A stretch of 64,000 bases of DNA from an uncultured Stomatobaculum sp. (lineage in GTDB: Bacteria > Bacillota > Clostridia > Lachnospirales > Lachnospiraceae), in NCBI GenBank assembly GCA_937924975.1, contig CALEYG010000022.1, positions 11 through 64,010 of the forward strand, in the 5' to 3' direction. The position numbers and the translations under genes are program-made. The first letter of the stretch is position 1; every line of letters begins with the position of its first letter. Of this stretch, positions 25,026 through 34,808 are shown one piece after another. The notes under the pieces were generated by a model, which had not been told where the DNA came from, did no database searches, and saw only the letters and a list, made by a program, of their open reading frames with translations.

Positions 25026-27626
25026 TCAGGCGACCACTTCCGCCTTGAGACCACCCTTCTTCTCGTCGACATCCATCCGAATCACAGCGCCCTTGTGAAG
25101 TCCGCTGTCGCTGCTCAGAATCAGCTTTGCCGCGAGTGTCTCGACATGCTTTTGCAGGAAGCGCTTCAGCGGCCGTGCGCCGAAGGCCGGATCGTAGCCC
25201 TCGTCCGCGACATACTGCTTGGCCGCAGGCGTAAGTTCGATCGAGATCTCCTGATCCGCGAGACGCTCGTTGGTCTCCTGTAAGAGGAGATCCACAATGC
25301 CGCCGATATTCTGCTTCGTGAGCGGCTTGAACATGATGATTTCATCCAGCCGGTTCAGGAACTCGGGGCGGAAGTGCGCCTTTACATCGGCGTCGACCGC
25401 CGCAGCCGCCTCGGGCTTAATATTGCCCTGCTCGTCAATGCCGTCCAGAAGGTACTGGGAACCGAGATTGCTCGTCATAATGATAATCGTGTTCTTGAAG
25501 TCGACGGTCTTCCCGAGCGAGTCGGTGATGCGGCCGTCGTCAAGCACCTGCAAGAGGACATTGAACACATCCGGATGCGCCTTCTCGACCTCGTCAAAGA
25601 GCACCACAGAGTAGGGCTTTCTTCTGACCGCCTCGGTCAGCTGGCCGCCCTCGTCGTAGCCCACATAGCCCGGAGGCGCTCCGATTAAGCGCGACACGGA
25701 GAACTTCTCCATGTACTCCGACATGTCAAGCCGCACCATGGCGCTCTCATCGTCAAAGAGCGCCGCCGCAAGGCTCTTCGCGAGCTCGGTCTTGCCGACA
25801 CCGGTCGGACCGAGGAACAGGAAGGAACCGATGGGCTTCGAGGGATCTTTGATGCCCGCCTTGCTTCTCTGGATGGCCTCCGCGACCTTCTGTACCGCCT
25901 CATCCTGACCGATGACGCGCCGATGCAGCGTGTCATCGAGATGCAGGGTCTTATTCTTCTCGGATTCCGTCAGCTTTGCGACCGGAATGTTGGTCCAGCG
26001 GGAAATAATCTTTGCGATCTCATTCTCGGTGACTGCCTCGTGCACGAGCGAGAAGTCCTGCCCCTGCACCTTCGCCTCCTCGGCCGCAAGCTGTTTCTGC
26101 AGCTCGGGGAGCTTGCCGTACTGAAGCTCTGCGGCCTTGTTCAGGTCATAGGCCTGCTGTGCTGCCTGAATTTCGTGGTTCGTATCCTCAATCTTCTGCC
26201 GGATCTCGGCGAGCTTCGAGACACTTGCCTTTTCGTTCTCCCACTTTGCCTTGGCCTCGGCAAACGCTGCCTTCTTCTCGGCAAGCTCTTTCTCGATGGC
26301 CTCGAGTCTCTCTTTCGAGAGGTTGTCGGTCTCCTTCCGGAGCGCCGTCGCCTCGATTTCGAGCTGCATACGGCGGCGGTTCATCTCATCGAGTTCCGCC
26401 GGCAGAGAGTCGAGCTCGGTCTTAATCATTGCGCAGGCTTCATCGACCAGATCGATTGCCTTGTCGGGCAGGAAGCGGTCGGTGATATAGCGGTCCGAGA
26501 GCACGGCCGCGCTGACCAGTGCGCCGTCCTGAATCTTCACATGGTGGTAGTTCTCATAACGCTCTTTCAAGCCGCGGAGAATCGAAATCGTATCCTCTAC
26601 GGTCGGCTGATCCACGAGAATCGGCTGGAAACGCCGCTCGAGCGCCGGATCCTTTTCAATGTACTTCCGGTACTCGTCAAGGGTCGTCGCACCGATGCAG
26701 TGGAGCTCGCCGCGCGCAAGCATCGGCTTTAACATATTGCCGGCGTCCATGCTGCCCTCGGATGCACCCGCACCGACAATCGTGTGGAGCTCATCGATGA
26801 AGAGAATCACCTCGCCCTCGCTCTTCTTGACTTCCTCGAGCACAGCCTTCAGTCTCTCCTCGAATTCGCCGCGGTACTTGGCACCTGCGACCAGAGAGCC
26901 CATGTCGAGCGCAAAGAGCCGCTTGTCCTTGAGTCCCTCCGGCACATCGCCGCGCACAATGCGCTGCGCAAGCCCCTCGACGACCGCCGTCTTACCGACG
27001 CCGGGCTCACCGATTAAAACCGGGTTATTCTTGGTCTTACGGCTCAGGATGCGAACCGCGTTCCGAATCTCCTCATCGCGGCCGATGACGGGATCGAGTT
27101 TCTGGTCCCGCGCGCGCTCCACGAGGTCGTAGCCGTACTTATTCAGCGTGTCGTAGGTTGCCTCGGGGTTATCCGAGGTGACGCGCTGGTTGCCGCGCAC
27201 TGTCGAGAGTGCCTGCAGGAACTTCTCGCGGGTAATGCCGTAAGTCCGGAAGAGTTCCTTCAGGGCGCGGTTCGGATTCTTTAAGAGACTCAGGAACAAA
27301 TGCTCGACGGAGACATAGTCATCTCCCATCGCCTTTGCCTCATCCTCCGCGCCGTTCAAAGCGCGGTTCAAGTCCGCGCTCACATATTCCTGCCCGCCGC
27401 CGCTCACCTTCGGGAGCTTTTGAATCAGAGCCTCACTCTCATTGAGAAAGGCTTCTTTCTGTATTCCCATCTTTGCGACGAGGCTTGCAATCAGGGAGTC
27501 CGAAACCGTCAGCAGCGCGCTGAGCAGATGCTCTTCGTCAATCTGCTGGTTACCGTTCTGGATTGCCAGCTTCTCCGCTACGGCAATCGCTTCCTGAGAT
27601 TTTTGTGTAAACTTGCTGATATTCAT
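25026..27626 (-). CDS. clpB: ATP-dependent chaperone ClpB
   Basis: Two AAA+ modules ('GEPGVGKTA', 'GPTGVGKTE') and a long coiled-coil middle domain. I chose ATG 27626 ('[13 protein letters not shown]'); the GTG at 27635 lies inside the GAGGTG RBS. Confidence 0.95.
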   Translation of the reverse strand: MNISKFTQKSQEAIAVAEKLAIQNGNQQIDEEHLLSALLTVSDSLIASLVAKMGIQKEAFLNESEALIQKLPKVSGGGQEYVSADLNRALNGAEDEAKAMGDDYVSVEHLFLSLLKNPNRALKELFRTYGITREKFLQALSTVRGNQRVTSDNPEATYDTLNKYGYDLVERARDQKLDPVIGRDEEIRNAVRILSRKTKNNPVLIGEPGVGKTAVVEGLAQRIVRGDVPEGLKDKRLFALDMGSLVAGAKYRGEFEERLKAVLEEVKKSEGEVILFIDELHTIVGAGASEGSMDAGNMLKPMLARGELHCIGATTLDEYRKYIEKDPALERRFQPILVDQPTVEDTISILRGLKERYENYHHVKIQDGALVSAAVLSDRYITDRFLPDKAIDLVDEACAMIKTELDSLPAELDEMNRRRMQLEIEATALRKETDNLSKERLEAIEKELAEKKAAFAEAKAKWENEKASVSKLAEIRQKIEDTNHEIQAAQQAYDLNKAAELQYGKLPELQKQLAAEEAKVQGQDFSLVHEAVTENEIAKIISRWTNIPVAKLTESEKNKTLHLDDTLHRRVIGQDEAVQKVAEAIQRSKAGIKDPSKPIGSFLFLGPTGVGKTELAKSLAAALFDDESAMVRLDMSEYMEKFSVSRLIGAPPGYVGYDEGGQLTEAVRRKPYSVVLFDEVEKAHPDVFNVLLQVLDDGRITDSLGKTVDFKNTIIIMTSNLGSQYLLDGIDEQGNIKPEAAAAVDADVKAHFRPEFLNRLDEIIMFKPLTKQNIGGIVDLLLQETNERLADQEISIELTPAAKQYVADEGYDPAFGARPLKRFLQKHVETLAAKLILSSDSGLHKGAVIRMDVDEKKGGLKAEVVA

Positions 27627-27689
27627 GCACTTCACCTCGCTTTGCTACGAATGCTATACATGCTATATAACATTCTTTGAACTGTAATC

Positions 27690-27718
27690 AGTATAGCAGC
27701 TGTTATTAGCACTGTCAA
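27690..27718 (-). promoter_or_regulatory. Sigma-A-type promoter of clpB (TTGACA-17-TATACT)
   Basis: Minus strand: TTGACA (27718-27713), a 17-nt spacer, then TATACT (27695-27690), ~65 nt upstream of the clpB ATG. Motif-only call. Confidence 0.55.
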
Positions 27719-27732
27719 TAAATGAGTGCTAA
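27706..27732. promoter_or_regulatory. CIRCE operator (HrcA binding site)
   Basis: TTAGCACTG-TCAATAAAT-GAGTGCTAA has 1 mismatch to the consensus TTAGCACTC-N9-GAGTGCTAA. It sits in the comEC-clpB intergenic region. Confidence 0.8.
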
Positions 27733-27746
27733 TTTTTTGACTTTTT

Positions 27747-30020
27747 TCAGTTCGGCCCAAGTTCCACCGAGAGAGCTCCCTCCTTCGCCGTGCTGTGCAC
27801 CTGCTCCGCATGGCGGCGGAGTCGCTCCATCGCCTCGGCGTGCGGATGCCCGTAGGAATTGCCCCGCCCGCAGGAAATCAGCGCGCAGTCCGGCGAAAGC
27901 AACGCGAGAAAGCTGTCACTGCTCGCCCCTCTTGAGCCGTGGTGCCCGACCTTCAGGAGGTCAATGTCCGTGAGCGCGGCGCGCTCGGCAGCCCGTTCGG
28001 GGGCGGCAAGCCGCTCCAGCAGTTTCTCCTCGCTCGGCTGTCCCGCATCGCCCGTAAAGAGGCAGCGCTTGCCGTTTGCCGTAAAGAGGAGGATTAAGGA
28101 CTGCTCGTTGACTTCCTCCGGCAGCGCTTCCCGCGGCGGCCAGAGACAGTGAAAATTCCCGTAGACATCGCCCGCGCCCATAAAACAGAGTTCTGTCTCC
28201 GGATTCTCTCTGAGCGCAGCCATCAATTTCGCATAATGCGCATCGGTCTCCGCCGCCGGATTCAAAATGACGCGCTTCACCGGTATCCCCGAGTCCCTGC
28301 TTGCAAGGTAGCTCAGTCCGTTCGTGTGATCCAGATCCGCATGGGTCAGAAAGGCAGCGTCCACGGTTCCGAGCGCGCGGCTCTCGAGAAACGGCTCTAT
28401 GACCTGTTTCCCGCAGTCCGGCCGCGAAGTGCTGCCGCCGTCTATCGTGATGCAGCGGCTGCCCTGTTCAATCACGATGGCATCGCCCTGGCCTATGTCG
28501 AGAACCCAGACACGGGGCACGCGGCTCCGGATCGGCAGGAGGCTAAGCCCCGCGCCGAGTGCGGCGCAAAGCAACAGCACGCGGCGCAATTCCCGCTGCC
28601 GCTTCTCTTTGGGACGAGAGTCTCTGCCGAGCAGCAGCCGGAAGCCGAGCGCAAGGCAAACGCTGTAGACAGCCAGCTGCCACCCCCTAGGCCGCCCGAG
28701 CAGGATGCGGTGAAACGGCAGGCACTCCGCGAGACGACAGAGCAGAATCTGCGCACCGAGCGCAAGATGCAGAATTTGTCCGCAAAGCAGCGCGAGCGGC
28801 GGCGCGGCGAAGGCCGCGGCGAGCAGCACAAATCCGAGTAACAGCAGGGCACCTGTCATCGGAATGACGAGTAAATTGAGAAGGATGCCGTAGGGCGGCA
28901 GGGAAAAGAACCAGTAGGAAATGACGGGAAGGGTGACGAGAAAGACCGTGAGGCTCTGCAAAAACGCGGCACAAAGGTTTCGCTTTGCCGCAAAGCGCTC
29001 CGTGAGTGCCTTGCCGGGACCGCCGATCGAAAAGACTGCGAGAAAAGAGAGTTGAAAGCCGCACTGAAAGAGTTGAAGCGGCGAGAAGAAAAGAAGAAAC
29101 AGAAGGGCAAAGGCGGCAGCGCTCCGAAGATCGTAGCTTCTGCCGAGGCAGAGCGCGAGAAAACCGAGGCCGAGCATCAGGCTGCTCCTGAGAACGCCGG
29201 TGTCTCCGCCGGTCAATGCCGCATAAAGGCAGAGAAACAGCGCCGTGACGACAGCGCTCAGAGAAAGCCCGCACTTTTTCCGAAGCAGGCGGTAGAGCGC
29301 GAGTCCCAGAAAACCGGTGTGCAACCCGCTGATTGCGAGCAGATGCGCAATGCCGTTTTTCCGGTAGAGATCGTAGAAGTCCTCGCTGAGCGCGTGCTTG
29401 TCGCCGAGTAGGAGCGCGGCAAGATAGCCTGCCTCCTGTTCGGGGCAGACTGCTTTGAGCCGCTCCAGCGCGGCGCTTCGAAAGCGCCGGAGACACTCCG
29501 CGAGCGGACTCGCCCTGCCCTCCACGGTATACTGCCGCACCTGCATGCGGTGCGTCACGCCGCGCGCGCGGCAATAAGCCCGGTAGTCAAATTCTCCAGG
29601 GTTGGTCGGCGCCGCAATCGGGCTTAAGCTGCCGCTCGCCGTCAATACGCGCCCGAGCGCGAGGGTCTCTCCGCTGCTCTCCCGCAGCAAAAGGTACACG
29701 CTGCCGCAGCGGACGCGCGTCAGCTCGCCGCGCGGCTCGATTTCCGCAATGCGCCCGCGAAAGGTCGCAGCGGCTCCCTCGGCGCGCTGTAACTGCCGTT
29801 CGGCGCGGCCCGGCAAAAGGGCCGCCTGCAACCGAAGCGCCCCGGCGACTGCGCCGAGGACAAGGACAAGAAGGATGCGACGCCTCACCCCGCGCAGAAA
29901 AAGCGCTAAGAGCACGGGGCAGAGGCAGAGCAGAAAAAGCAAGATTCCGCGGATTCCGGCGAGGCAAAGCAGCTCTCCAAGCACAACCCCGACTGCCAGT
30001 ACTTCCAGCGGACGTCTCAT
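27747..30020 (-). CDS. comEC: DNA internalization competence protein ComEC/Rec2
   Basis: 757 aa. Polytopic competence domain plus a C-terminal metallo-beta-lactamase domain ('FLTHADLDHTNG', 'LKVGHHGS'). Confidence 0.9.
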   Translation of the reverse strand: MRRPLEVLAVGVVLGELLCLAGIRGILLFLLCLCPVLLALFLRGVRRRILLVLVLGAVAGALRLQAALLPGRAERQLQRAEGAAATFRGRIAEIEPRGELTRVRCGSVYLLLRESSGETLALGRVLTASGSLSPIAAPTNPGEFDYRAYCRARGVTHRMQVRQYTVEGRASPLAECLRRFRSAALERLKAVCPEQEAGYLAALLLGDKHALSEDFYDLYRKNGIAHLLAISGLHTGFLGLALYRLLRKKCGLSLSAVVTALFLCLYAALTGGDTGVLRSSLMLGLGFLALCLGRSYDLRSAAAFALLFLLFFSPLQLFQCGFQLSFLAVFSIGGPGKALTERFAAKRNLCAAFLQSLTVFLVTLPVISYWFFSLPPYGILLNLLVIPMTGALLLLGFVLLAAAFAAPPLALLCGQILHLALGAQILLCRLAECLPFHRILLGRPRGWQLAVYSVCLALGFRLLLGRDSRPKEKRQRELRRVLLLCAALGAGLSLLPIRSRVPRVWVLDIGQGDAIVIEQGSRCITIDGGSTSRPDCGKQVIEPFLESRALGTVDAAFLTHADLDHTNGLSYLASRDSGIPVKRVILNPAAETDAHYAKLMAALRENPETELCFMGAGDVYGNFHCLWPPREALPEEVNEQSLILLFTANGKRCLFTGDAGQPSEEKLLERLAAPERAAERAALTDIDLLKVGHHGSRGASSDSFLALLSPDCALISCGRGNSYGHPHAEAMERLRRHAEQVHSTAKEGALSVELGPN

Positions 30021-30081
30021 ATTCTGTTTTCTCCGAAATGAATTTTCTAATGATGAAATAAATTTACTTCAACCCGACTGC

Positions 30082-31059
30082 TTACTTCGATTCATCCGTC
30101 GCGGCGGTTTCGCTAGGCGAAGCGGTATTCCCGGGCAGGCCCTTGCCGACATAGTCGAGATTCTGCTCAAAGAGCGCGTCGAGAGAGATGGCATCCCGGA
30201 ACAGCACGGACTGCGAGCCCTCGACCGAAATGCGAACCCGCTGTACGGTTTTGAGTCCGGTCAAGGTGTCCACGAGCGCATAGAGGCTCACATCAGGGCT
30301 CACGCCTGTGACCGGATTCAGAAATTCCTTGCTGAAATTCAGATAGCAGATGTTTTCATTGACCGAGATGCTGAGCAGCTTGGTCTCCGGCGGCAGTATG
30401 GCCTTGCCGCTGCCCCGCGGCCCTGCAATCAGCTGCTCCACCGCGACCTGCTCGAGCAGGGTATTCGCGCGGTAGGTCACGCTACGGGTCTCCTCGGTGA
30501 ATTTTTTGCCGTCCGCAGACGCAAAGTAAAGCGGCAGTTCCACGGTCTCGTAGCTGTTCACATCCGAGACGCTGTTCACGAAATCGTTTTCGCTAAAGGG
30601 TCCCAGAAGACTGCCGTCCACCCCGGCGAGCGGCTTCCCGCCGCTGTAAATGCCGACATGTTCGACGCCTTTGATCTGCGCGAGCGTCTCAGTCAATGCC
30701 GCCGAGCAGAGGGTCTTCCGGTCGGTCTTCAAGTCCTGGTAGTTCTCATCAAAGTAGATATAGAGCACCTTGTCGTCAAAACTGAAGGACTCGTAACGCG
30801 TCTTGTCTCCCGTCGCCGTGATCAGATCCTCGGCGCTCGGCACATGCAGAAACTGTTGCATGAGTTCGCCGACCAGTTGATTCTTGTCCGTGGTCTGCGT
30901 CTCGTAAATGAGCGGTGTCAGTTTGGTCGCCGTCTTGTCCAGATAGTAAATCGCATAGCGCCCCGCCGCCGGGTCCGCGCCTGCTTTCTTTGGGCCGCAG
31001 CCGCAGAAGCAGAGCAGGCAGAGCAGCAGGACCAGCCACCCTTTTTGTTTATTCGCCAC
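30082..31059 (-). CDS. GerMN-domain lipoprotein (GerM-like)
   Basis: Lipobox 'LLCLLCFCGCG'. Two GerMN-like modules ('YYLDKT...LTETLAQIKGVEHV', 'LYFASADG...LVDTLTGLKTVQRVRISVEG'). I chose GTG 31059 (11-nt overlap with the kinase stop); the start is uncertain. Confidence 0.7.
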   Translation of the reverse strand: MANKQKGWLVLLLCLLCFCGCGPKKAGADPAAGRYAIYYLDKTATKLTPLIYETQTTDKNQLVGELMQQFLHVPSAEDLITATGDKTRYESFSFDDKVLYIYFDENYQDLKTDRKTLCSAALTETLAQIKGVEHVGIYSGGKPLAGVDGSLLGPFSENDFVNSVSDVNSYETVELPLYFASADGKKFTEETRSVTYRANTLLEQVAVEQLIAGPRGSGKAILPPETKLLSISVNENICYLNFSKEFLNPVTGVSPDVSLYALVDTLTGLKTVQRVRISVEGSQSVLFRDAISLDALFEQNLDYVGKGLPGNTASPSETAATDESK

Positions 31060-32590
31060 GCGCCTCACCTCTCTTTCCCCGTTCTCTCCGGTTCTTCTTC
31101 TGCGAGGCCGCCTGGGCGGGCGTGCTGCTCTCGATATATTTGAGCGGAATGCGCACCAGGAAGGTGCTGCCCTTTCCGACCTCACTGGTCAGGCGTATCA
31201 TACCCTGGTGCAGAAGGATGATTTCCTTCGTGATTGCAAGTCCGAGGCCCGTACCGCCGGTCTCACGGGAGCGCGCCTTGTCCACGCGGTGGAAGCGCTC
31301 AAAGACCAGTTCCTGCTGATCCTCCGGGATACCGATGCCGTTGTCCTCGACGCGGATATAGCAGAACTGGTGATCCGCATCGAGCGTGACCTGCACATAG
31401 CCGTCCTTCTGGTTGCCGTTATACTTGATGCCGTTTTCGACTAAGTTCATGATGGCGAGCGAGAACTTCACCTCGTCCACCTCGGCCGTGACCTCCCGCA
31501 CCGTGTGCAGGGTCAGCTCAATCTGATTTACTCTCGCGAGCGGTCGGAGACGCTTCAGAATCTGCTCGAGCATCTCGTGCATATCGGTCTCCTTCCGGTT
31601 CAGCACCGTGCCCGAGCGGTCCATGCGGACCAGACTCAGAAGGTCGTCGATAATCTTTGCCTCGCGGTCAATCTCCTTCGAGATATCGCTCATGAACTCC
31701 TTGTAGAGCTCCAGCGGCGCATCGCCCGCCGAAATCAGGGAGTCCGCGAGCACGCGCATCGAGGTAATCGGCGTCTTTAACTCATGCGAGACATTCGAGA
31801 CAAACTCCTGGCGCGACTCGTTCAGCGCGCGGAGTTTCCGGAGTGTCGCGTTGACATCCTCGCTGATCTGCGCGGTCACGAGGTAGCTGTTCTGCTCGAC
31901 CGTCTCATTCAGATTGCCGACCGACACCTTGCGGAGCGCCGCGCGGAGTTCCGCGAACGGGCGCAGAATCAGAGAGGCCAGTATCACGCTGAGCAGCGCG
32001 AGCAGCAGCCCGACCGCCACCGTAAAAATGCGCAGGGTCTCACTTACCCCCTGCAATTCCGTGCGCTGCAATTCCGTGGACGAGATGAAGAGAAGCACCC
32101 CCTCCACCACTCTGTCTTCCGCCTTTACATCCAGGGAGTCGTAAATCGGCGTGGTCTGCACCATGTAGTACTTGTCGGCATTGTAGTTGGTCGCGTTCTC
32201 GCCGCGAAAGCTCCGTATCACCTCCGGCGCGACATGGTACCGCCCCTCGGCGAGATGGAAACTATCCTCTATGATGCGATAGTTCTGATCCACGACCAGA
32301 ATGCGCCCGTGGTAGCTCTGCGCGATGATCTCGAGTTCCGAATTCAGACTGTTATCTTTTTTGTCCTGGTTGTGGAGATACCCCGTCCGGGTCAGCTTGG
32401 TCGACAGGATGCCGCTTCTCTCCTGCACTTCCGCCTTGTGGGTATCCAGGAGACTTTGCCGGAAACTGTTGGTCGCCACCGACACAGCGAGACAGAGCGG
32501 CAGAAGCCCCACAAGAAGAAACAGCACAATGAGGATATTTTTGAGGCGCAGAGGCGGCAGCTTTTTCGGAAACGGCGGATGCTGCGGCAT
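31049..32590 (-). CDS. Sensor histidine kinase (2 TM, extracytoplasmic PDC-like domain, HAMP, HisKA, HATPase)
   Basis: H-box 'VSNVSHELKTPITSM' and G-box 'ETGGTGLGLAITK'. ATG 32590 has an AAAGGAG RBS. No response regulator is adjacent. Confidence 0.85.
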   Translation of the reverse strand: MPQHPPFPKKLPPLRLKNILIVLFLLVGLLPLCLAVSVATNSFRQSLLDTHKAEVQERSGILSTKLTRTGYLHNQDKKDNSLNSELEIIAQSYHGRILVVDQNYRIIEDSFHLAEGRYHVAPEVIRSFRGENATNYNADKYYMVQTTPIYDSLDVKAEDRVVEGVLLFISSTELQRTELQGVSETLRIFTVAVGLLLALLSVILASLILRPFAELRAALRKVSVGNLNETVEQNSYLVTAQISEDVNATLRKLRALNESRQEFVSNVSHELKTPITSMRVLADSLISAGDAPLELYKEFMSDISKEIDREAKIIDDLLSLVRMDRSGTVLNRKETDMHEMLEQILKRLRPLARVNQIELTLHTVREVTAEVDEVKFSLAIMNLVENGIKYNGNQKDGYVQVTLDADHQFCYIRVEDNGIGIPEDQQELVFERFHRVDKARSRETGGTGLGLAITKEIILLHQGMIRLTSEVGKGSTFLVRIPLKYIESSTPAQAASQKKNRRERGKRGEARGE

Positions 32591-32766
32591 CGGAACACTC
32601 CTTTCTCGACTTGACCTTCGCGCTGCGATGCAGCGCGTGTTACTCTTTATTCTACACAGCTTCCCGCAAAAAGGAAAGCTGCACAGCGCCTGTCGCAAAA
32701 AAGCCCGCTTTGTAGTATACTTTGAGTAAACAACGGCTGTTCCAAGCCGCGCGAAAGGATGACGCT

Positions 32767-33537
32767 ATGCAAGTAAACGAACCTGCTTCCGACCGCACCT
32801 CGCGGGAGACCCCCCGCCTCTATGTGCGCCAGGAAGATCGCTATGAAGATTTGAGTTCCTCGGCCTCGGCCTTTTTGATTGTCGGCATCGTGATGAGCGT
32901 GCTAACGCTGCTAAGCTTCGGTCAACAGCTGCATCTCCCCTTCGCTCTGCCGACCACCGCACTGATGCGCTTTTTCTTCCTTGTCTTTGCGCTCGGTGCC
33001 TTCGGTCTCTACTGGAAAACGCGCCGGGAAGCTTCCCGCGCCTACTCGCACATCGAGGAGGAACAGCGCATCACCGAAGAACTGGAGCGCTGGTTCCTCG
33101 CAAGCTATGCGCCGGAGCAGATTGACCTCGAAATTCTCGGTGCAACCCGCCATCCGCTCCGCGCGGAGGCGCTCGCCCTGAAGCGCTTCGACTTTATTCA
33201 GGACTGCTTCTTACAGCGCTACGACGGCATGGACGAAGGCTACATAGAGGCCCTCTCCGAGGAACTCTACAAGAAACTCTTTGAGAGCGGCCACTACGGA
33301 AAGGCCGTGCTGAAGAAACCGGATGCATCCGTCAGCGCCGAGCAACACAGCGCAACGGCACCGTATAGCACGGAACCGCAGGACACAGCGGAAGCGGTTC
33401 CGACCGAACACGAAGCTGAGGCGGCAGACAGCGCTGAGACGCTGTCCGCCGCAGTGACAGCGACCGAAGATGCAGCGGCGGCTTCCGCTGAGACAGAAGC
33501 CGCCGCCTGCGACGAAGCGTCGGTCGAACATCCCTGA
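32767..33537 (+). CDS. Hypothetical 2-TM membrane protein with an acidic Ala/Glu/Thr-rich tail (the only plus-strand gene)
   Basis: ATG 32767 has an AAAGGA RBS (the ORF track begins at TTG 32722). Two hydrophobic helices. Followed by a strong bidirectional terminator. Confidence 0.6.
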   Translation: MQVNEPASDRTSRETPRLYVRQEDRYEDLSSSASAFLIVGIVMSVLTLLSFGQQLHLPFALPTTALMRFFFLVFALGAFGLYWKTRREASRAYSHIEEEQRITEELERWFLASYAPEQIDLEILGATRHPLRAEALALKRFDFIQDCFLQRYDGMDEGYIEALSEELYKKLFESGHYGKAVLKKPDASVSAEQHSATAPYSTEPQDTAEAVPTEHEAEAADSAETLSAAVTATEDAAAASAETEAAACDEASVEHP

Positions 33538-33572
33538 GACAGAGCGGGGACACAGATTCTTTGATTTGAGAC

Positions 33573-33607
33573 AAAAAAGTCAGGTCTTTCGACCTGACTT
33601 TTTTTTG
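33573..33607. terminator. Bidirectional intrinsic terminator between convergent genes
   Basis: aaaaaAGTCAGGTC-tttc-GACCTGACTtttttttt: a 9-bp perfect stem flanked by A- and T-runs. Confidence 0.85.
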
Positions 33608-33620
33608 TACCTGTCTCTCT

Positions 33621-34808
33621 TTATTCGCTCCGCAACGCGTCGATCGGATTCAGTGCCGCCGCGCGCTTTGCCGGCATATAGCCGAAAAAGAGGCCGATCG
33701 CCACCGAGACGGTAAACGAGATGAAAATTGCCTTCGGCGTCGCCGCAACGCTGTAGCCGAGGAACATTCCGACGATATTCAGAATTCCGCTGCCGATGCC
33801 GATACCGATCAGACCGCCGAGCACCGAGGTCGTAATCGCCTCGAGCACGAACTGCTGTAAAATGACCCCGGGACGCGCGCCGAGCGCCTTCCGGATGCCG
33901 ATTTCCCGCGTCCGCTCGGTGACCGAAACCAGCATGATATTCATGACGCCGACGCCCGCGACAAAGAGCGAGATACCCGCTATGCCGCCGATTAATACCG
34001 ACATCTGCGCCATCATCCGGTTGATCTGGTCGAGCATCTCGACCATGGCCATCAGTGTGTAGTGCTTTTTGTTGTGGAAAATACCGTGGAGATAGTCTTC
34101 GAGCGACTTTTTGGCGTTCAGAACAGCCGCCTTGTCCGTGCTGCTCGCCGCAAAGAGATAGGCCGAAGGCTGCGCCGTGTGCGCCATCTTGAGCGCCGTC
34201 GAATACGGCAGCAGAAGCACATCGTCCGTGCCGCTCTCTTCCATCTTGCCTTTGCTCTTCTGCTTGAGGAGACCTATGACGGTCAAATTCACGCCGCCGT
34301 AGGTAACCTTTTCGCCGAGCGCGGCCTCCGGAGAGCCGAACAGCCGCTTCGCCGTGTAAGGCCCGATGACACAGACCTCCTGCTTCGAGAGCACATCCGC
34401 GTAGCTGAGAAAGCGCCCCTGTTCCAACTGTTTGTCCACGAGAGACGCATAGCTCTCGCTGACACCTGTGATTGTGGTGCCCTCGGACTTCTTGTTGCCG
34501 ACCTTCAGGGTTCCGTCCCCCGGCGAGACCGTAGGGCTCATGCCGGCAAACAGATCCCTGTGGTCAGCGAGATAGGCATACATCTCATCCATGGTGACCG
34601 AGCGGCTCGGCTGGTTCACGACCGTGATATTGATATTCGTCGCGCCGAGATCGCCCCACTGGGAAATCTGACTGTTCAGATAACCGTTCATCAGACTCAC
34701 GAGGATGATGACGGAGGCCACGCCGATGATGATGCCGAACATGGTGAGGGCGGAGCGCACCTTGTTGCTCCAGATGCTCTTTAAGGCGAGTTTAAATGAT
34801 TGCAGCAT
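33621..34808 (-). CDS. ABC transporter permease (MacB/FtsX family)
   Basis: 'MLQSFKLALKSIWSNKVRSALTMFGIIIGV' N-terminus, a large extracytoplasmic domain and a C-terminal FtsX-type 3-TM block. Confidence 0.85.
   Translation of the reverse strand: MLQSFKLALKSIWSNKVRSALTMFGIIIGVASVIILVSLMNGYLNSQISQWGDLGATNINITVVNQPSRSVTMDEMYAYLADHRDLFAGMSPTVSPGDGTLKVGNKKSEGTTITGVSESYASLVDKQLEQGRFLSYADVLSKQEVCVIGPYTAKRLFGSPEAALGEKVTYGGVNLTVIGLLKQKSKGKMEESGTDDVLLLPYSTALKMAHTAQPSAYLFAASSTDKAAVLNAKKSLEDYLHGIFHNKKHYTLMAMVEMLDQINRMMAQMSVLIGGIAGISLFVAGVGVMNIMLVSVTERTREIGIRKALGARPGVILQQFVLEAITTSVLGGLIGIGIGSGILNIVGMFLGYSVAATPKAIFISFTVSVAIGLFFGYMPAKRAAALNPIDALRSE

Noticed and set aside
27733-27746. Possible CtsR operator next to CIRCE upstream of clpB (AGTCAAA heptad on the minus strand).
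   Set aside because: Only one heptad is present. The CtsR box is a direct repeat of two (A/G)GTCAAA heptads separated by 3 nt, and the second is missing.
28687-29574. 295-aa minus-strand ORF in an alternative frame inside comEC, plus other nested same-strand ORFs (for example 40981-41487 inside gap, 47458-48075 inside paralog B).
   Set aside because: They are out-of-frame overlaps with motif-bearing genes. Their Arg/Ser/Pro-rich composition is typical of off-frame translation of GC-rich coding DNA.
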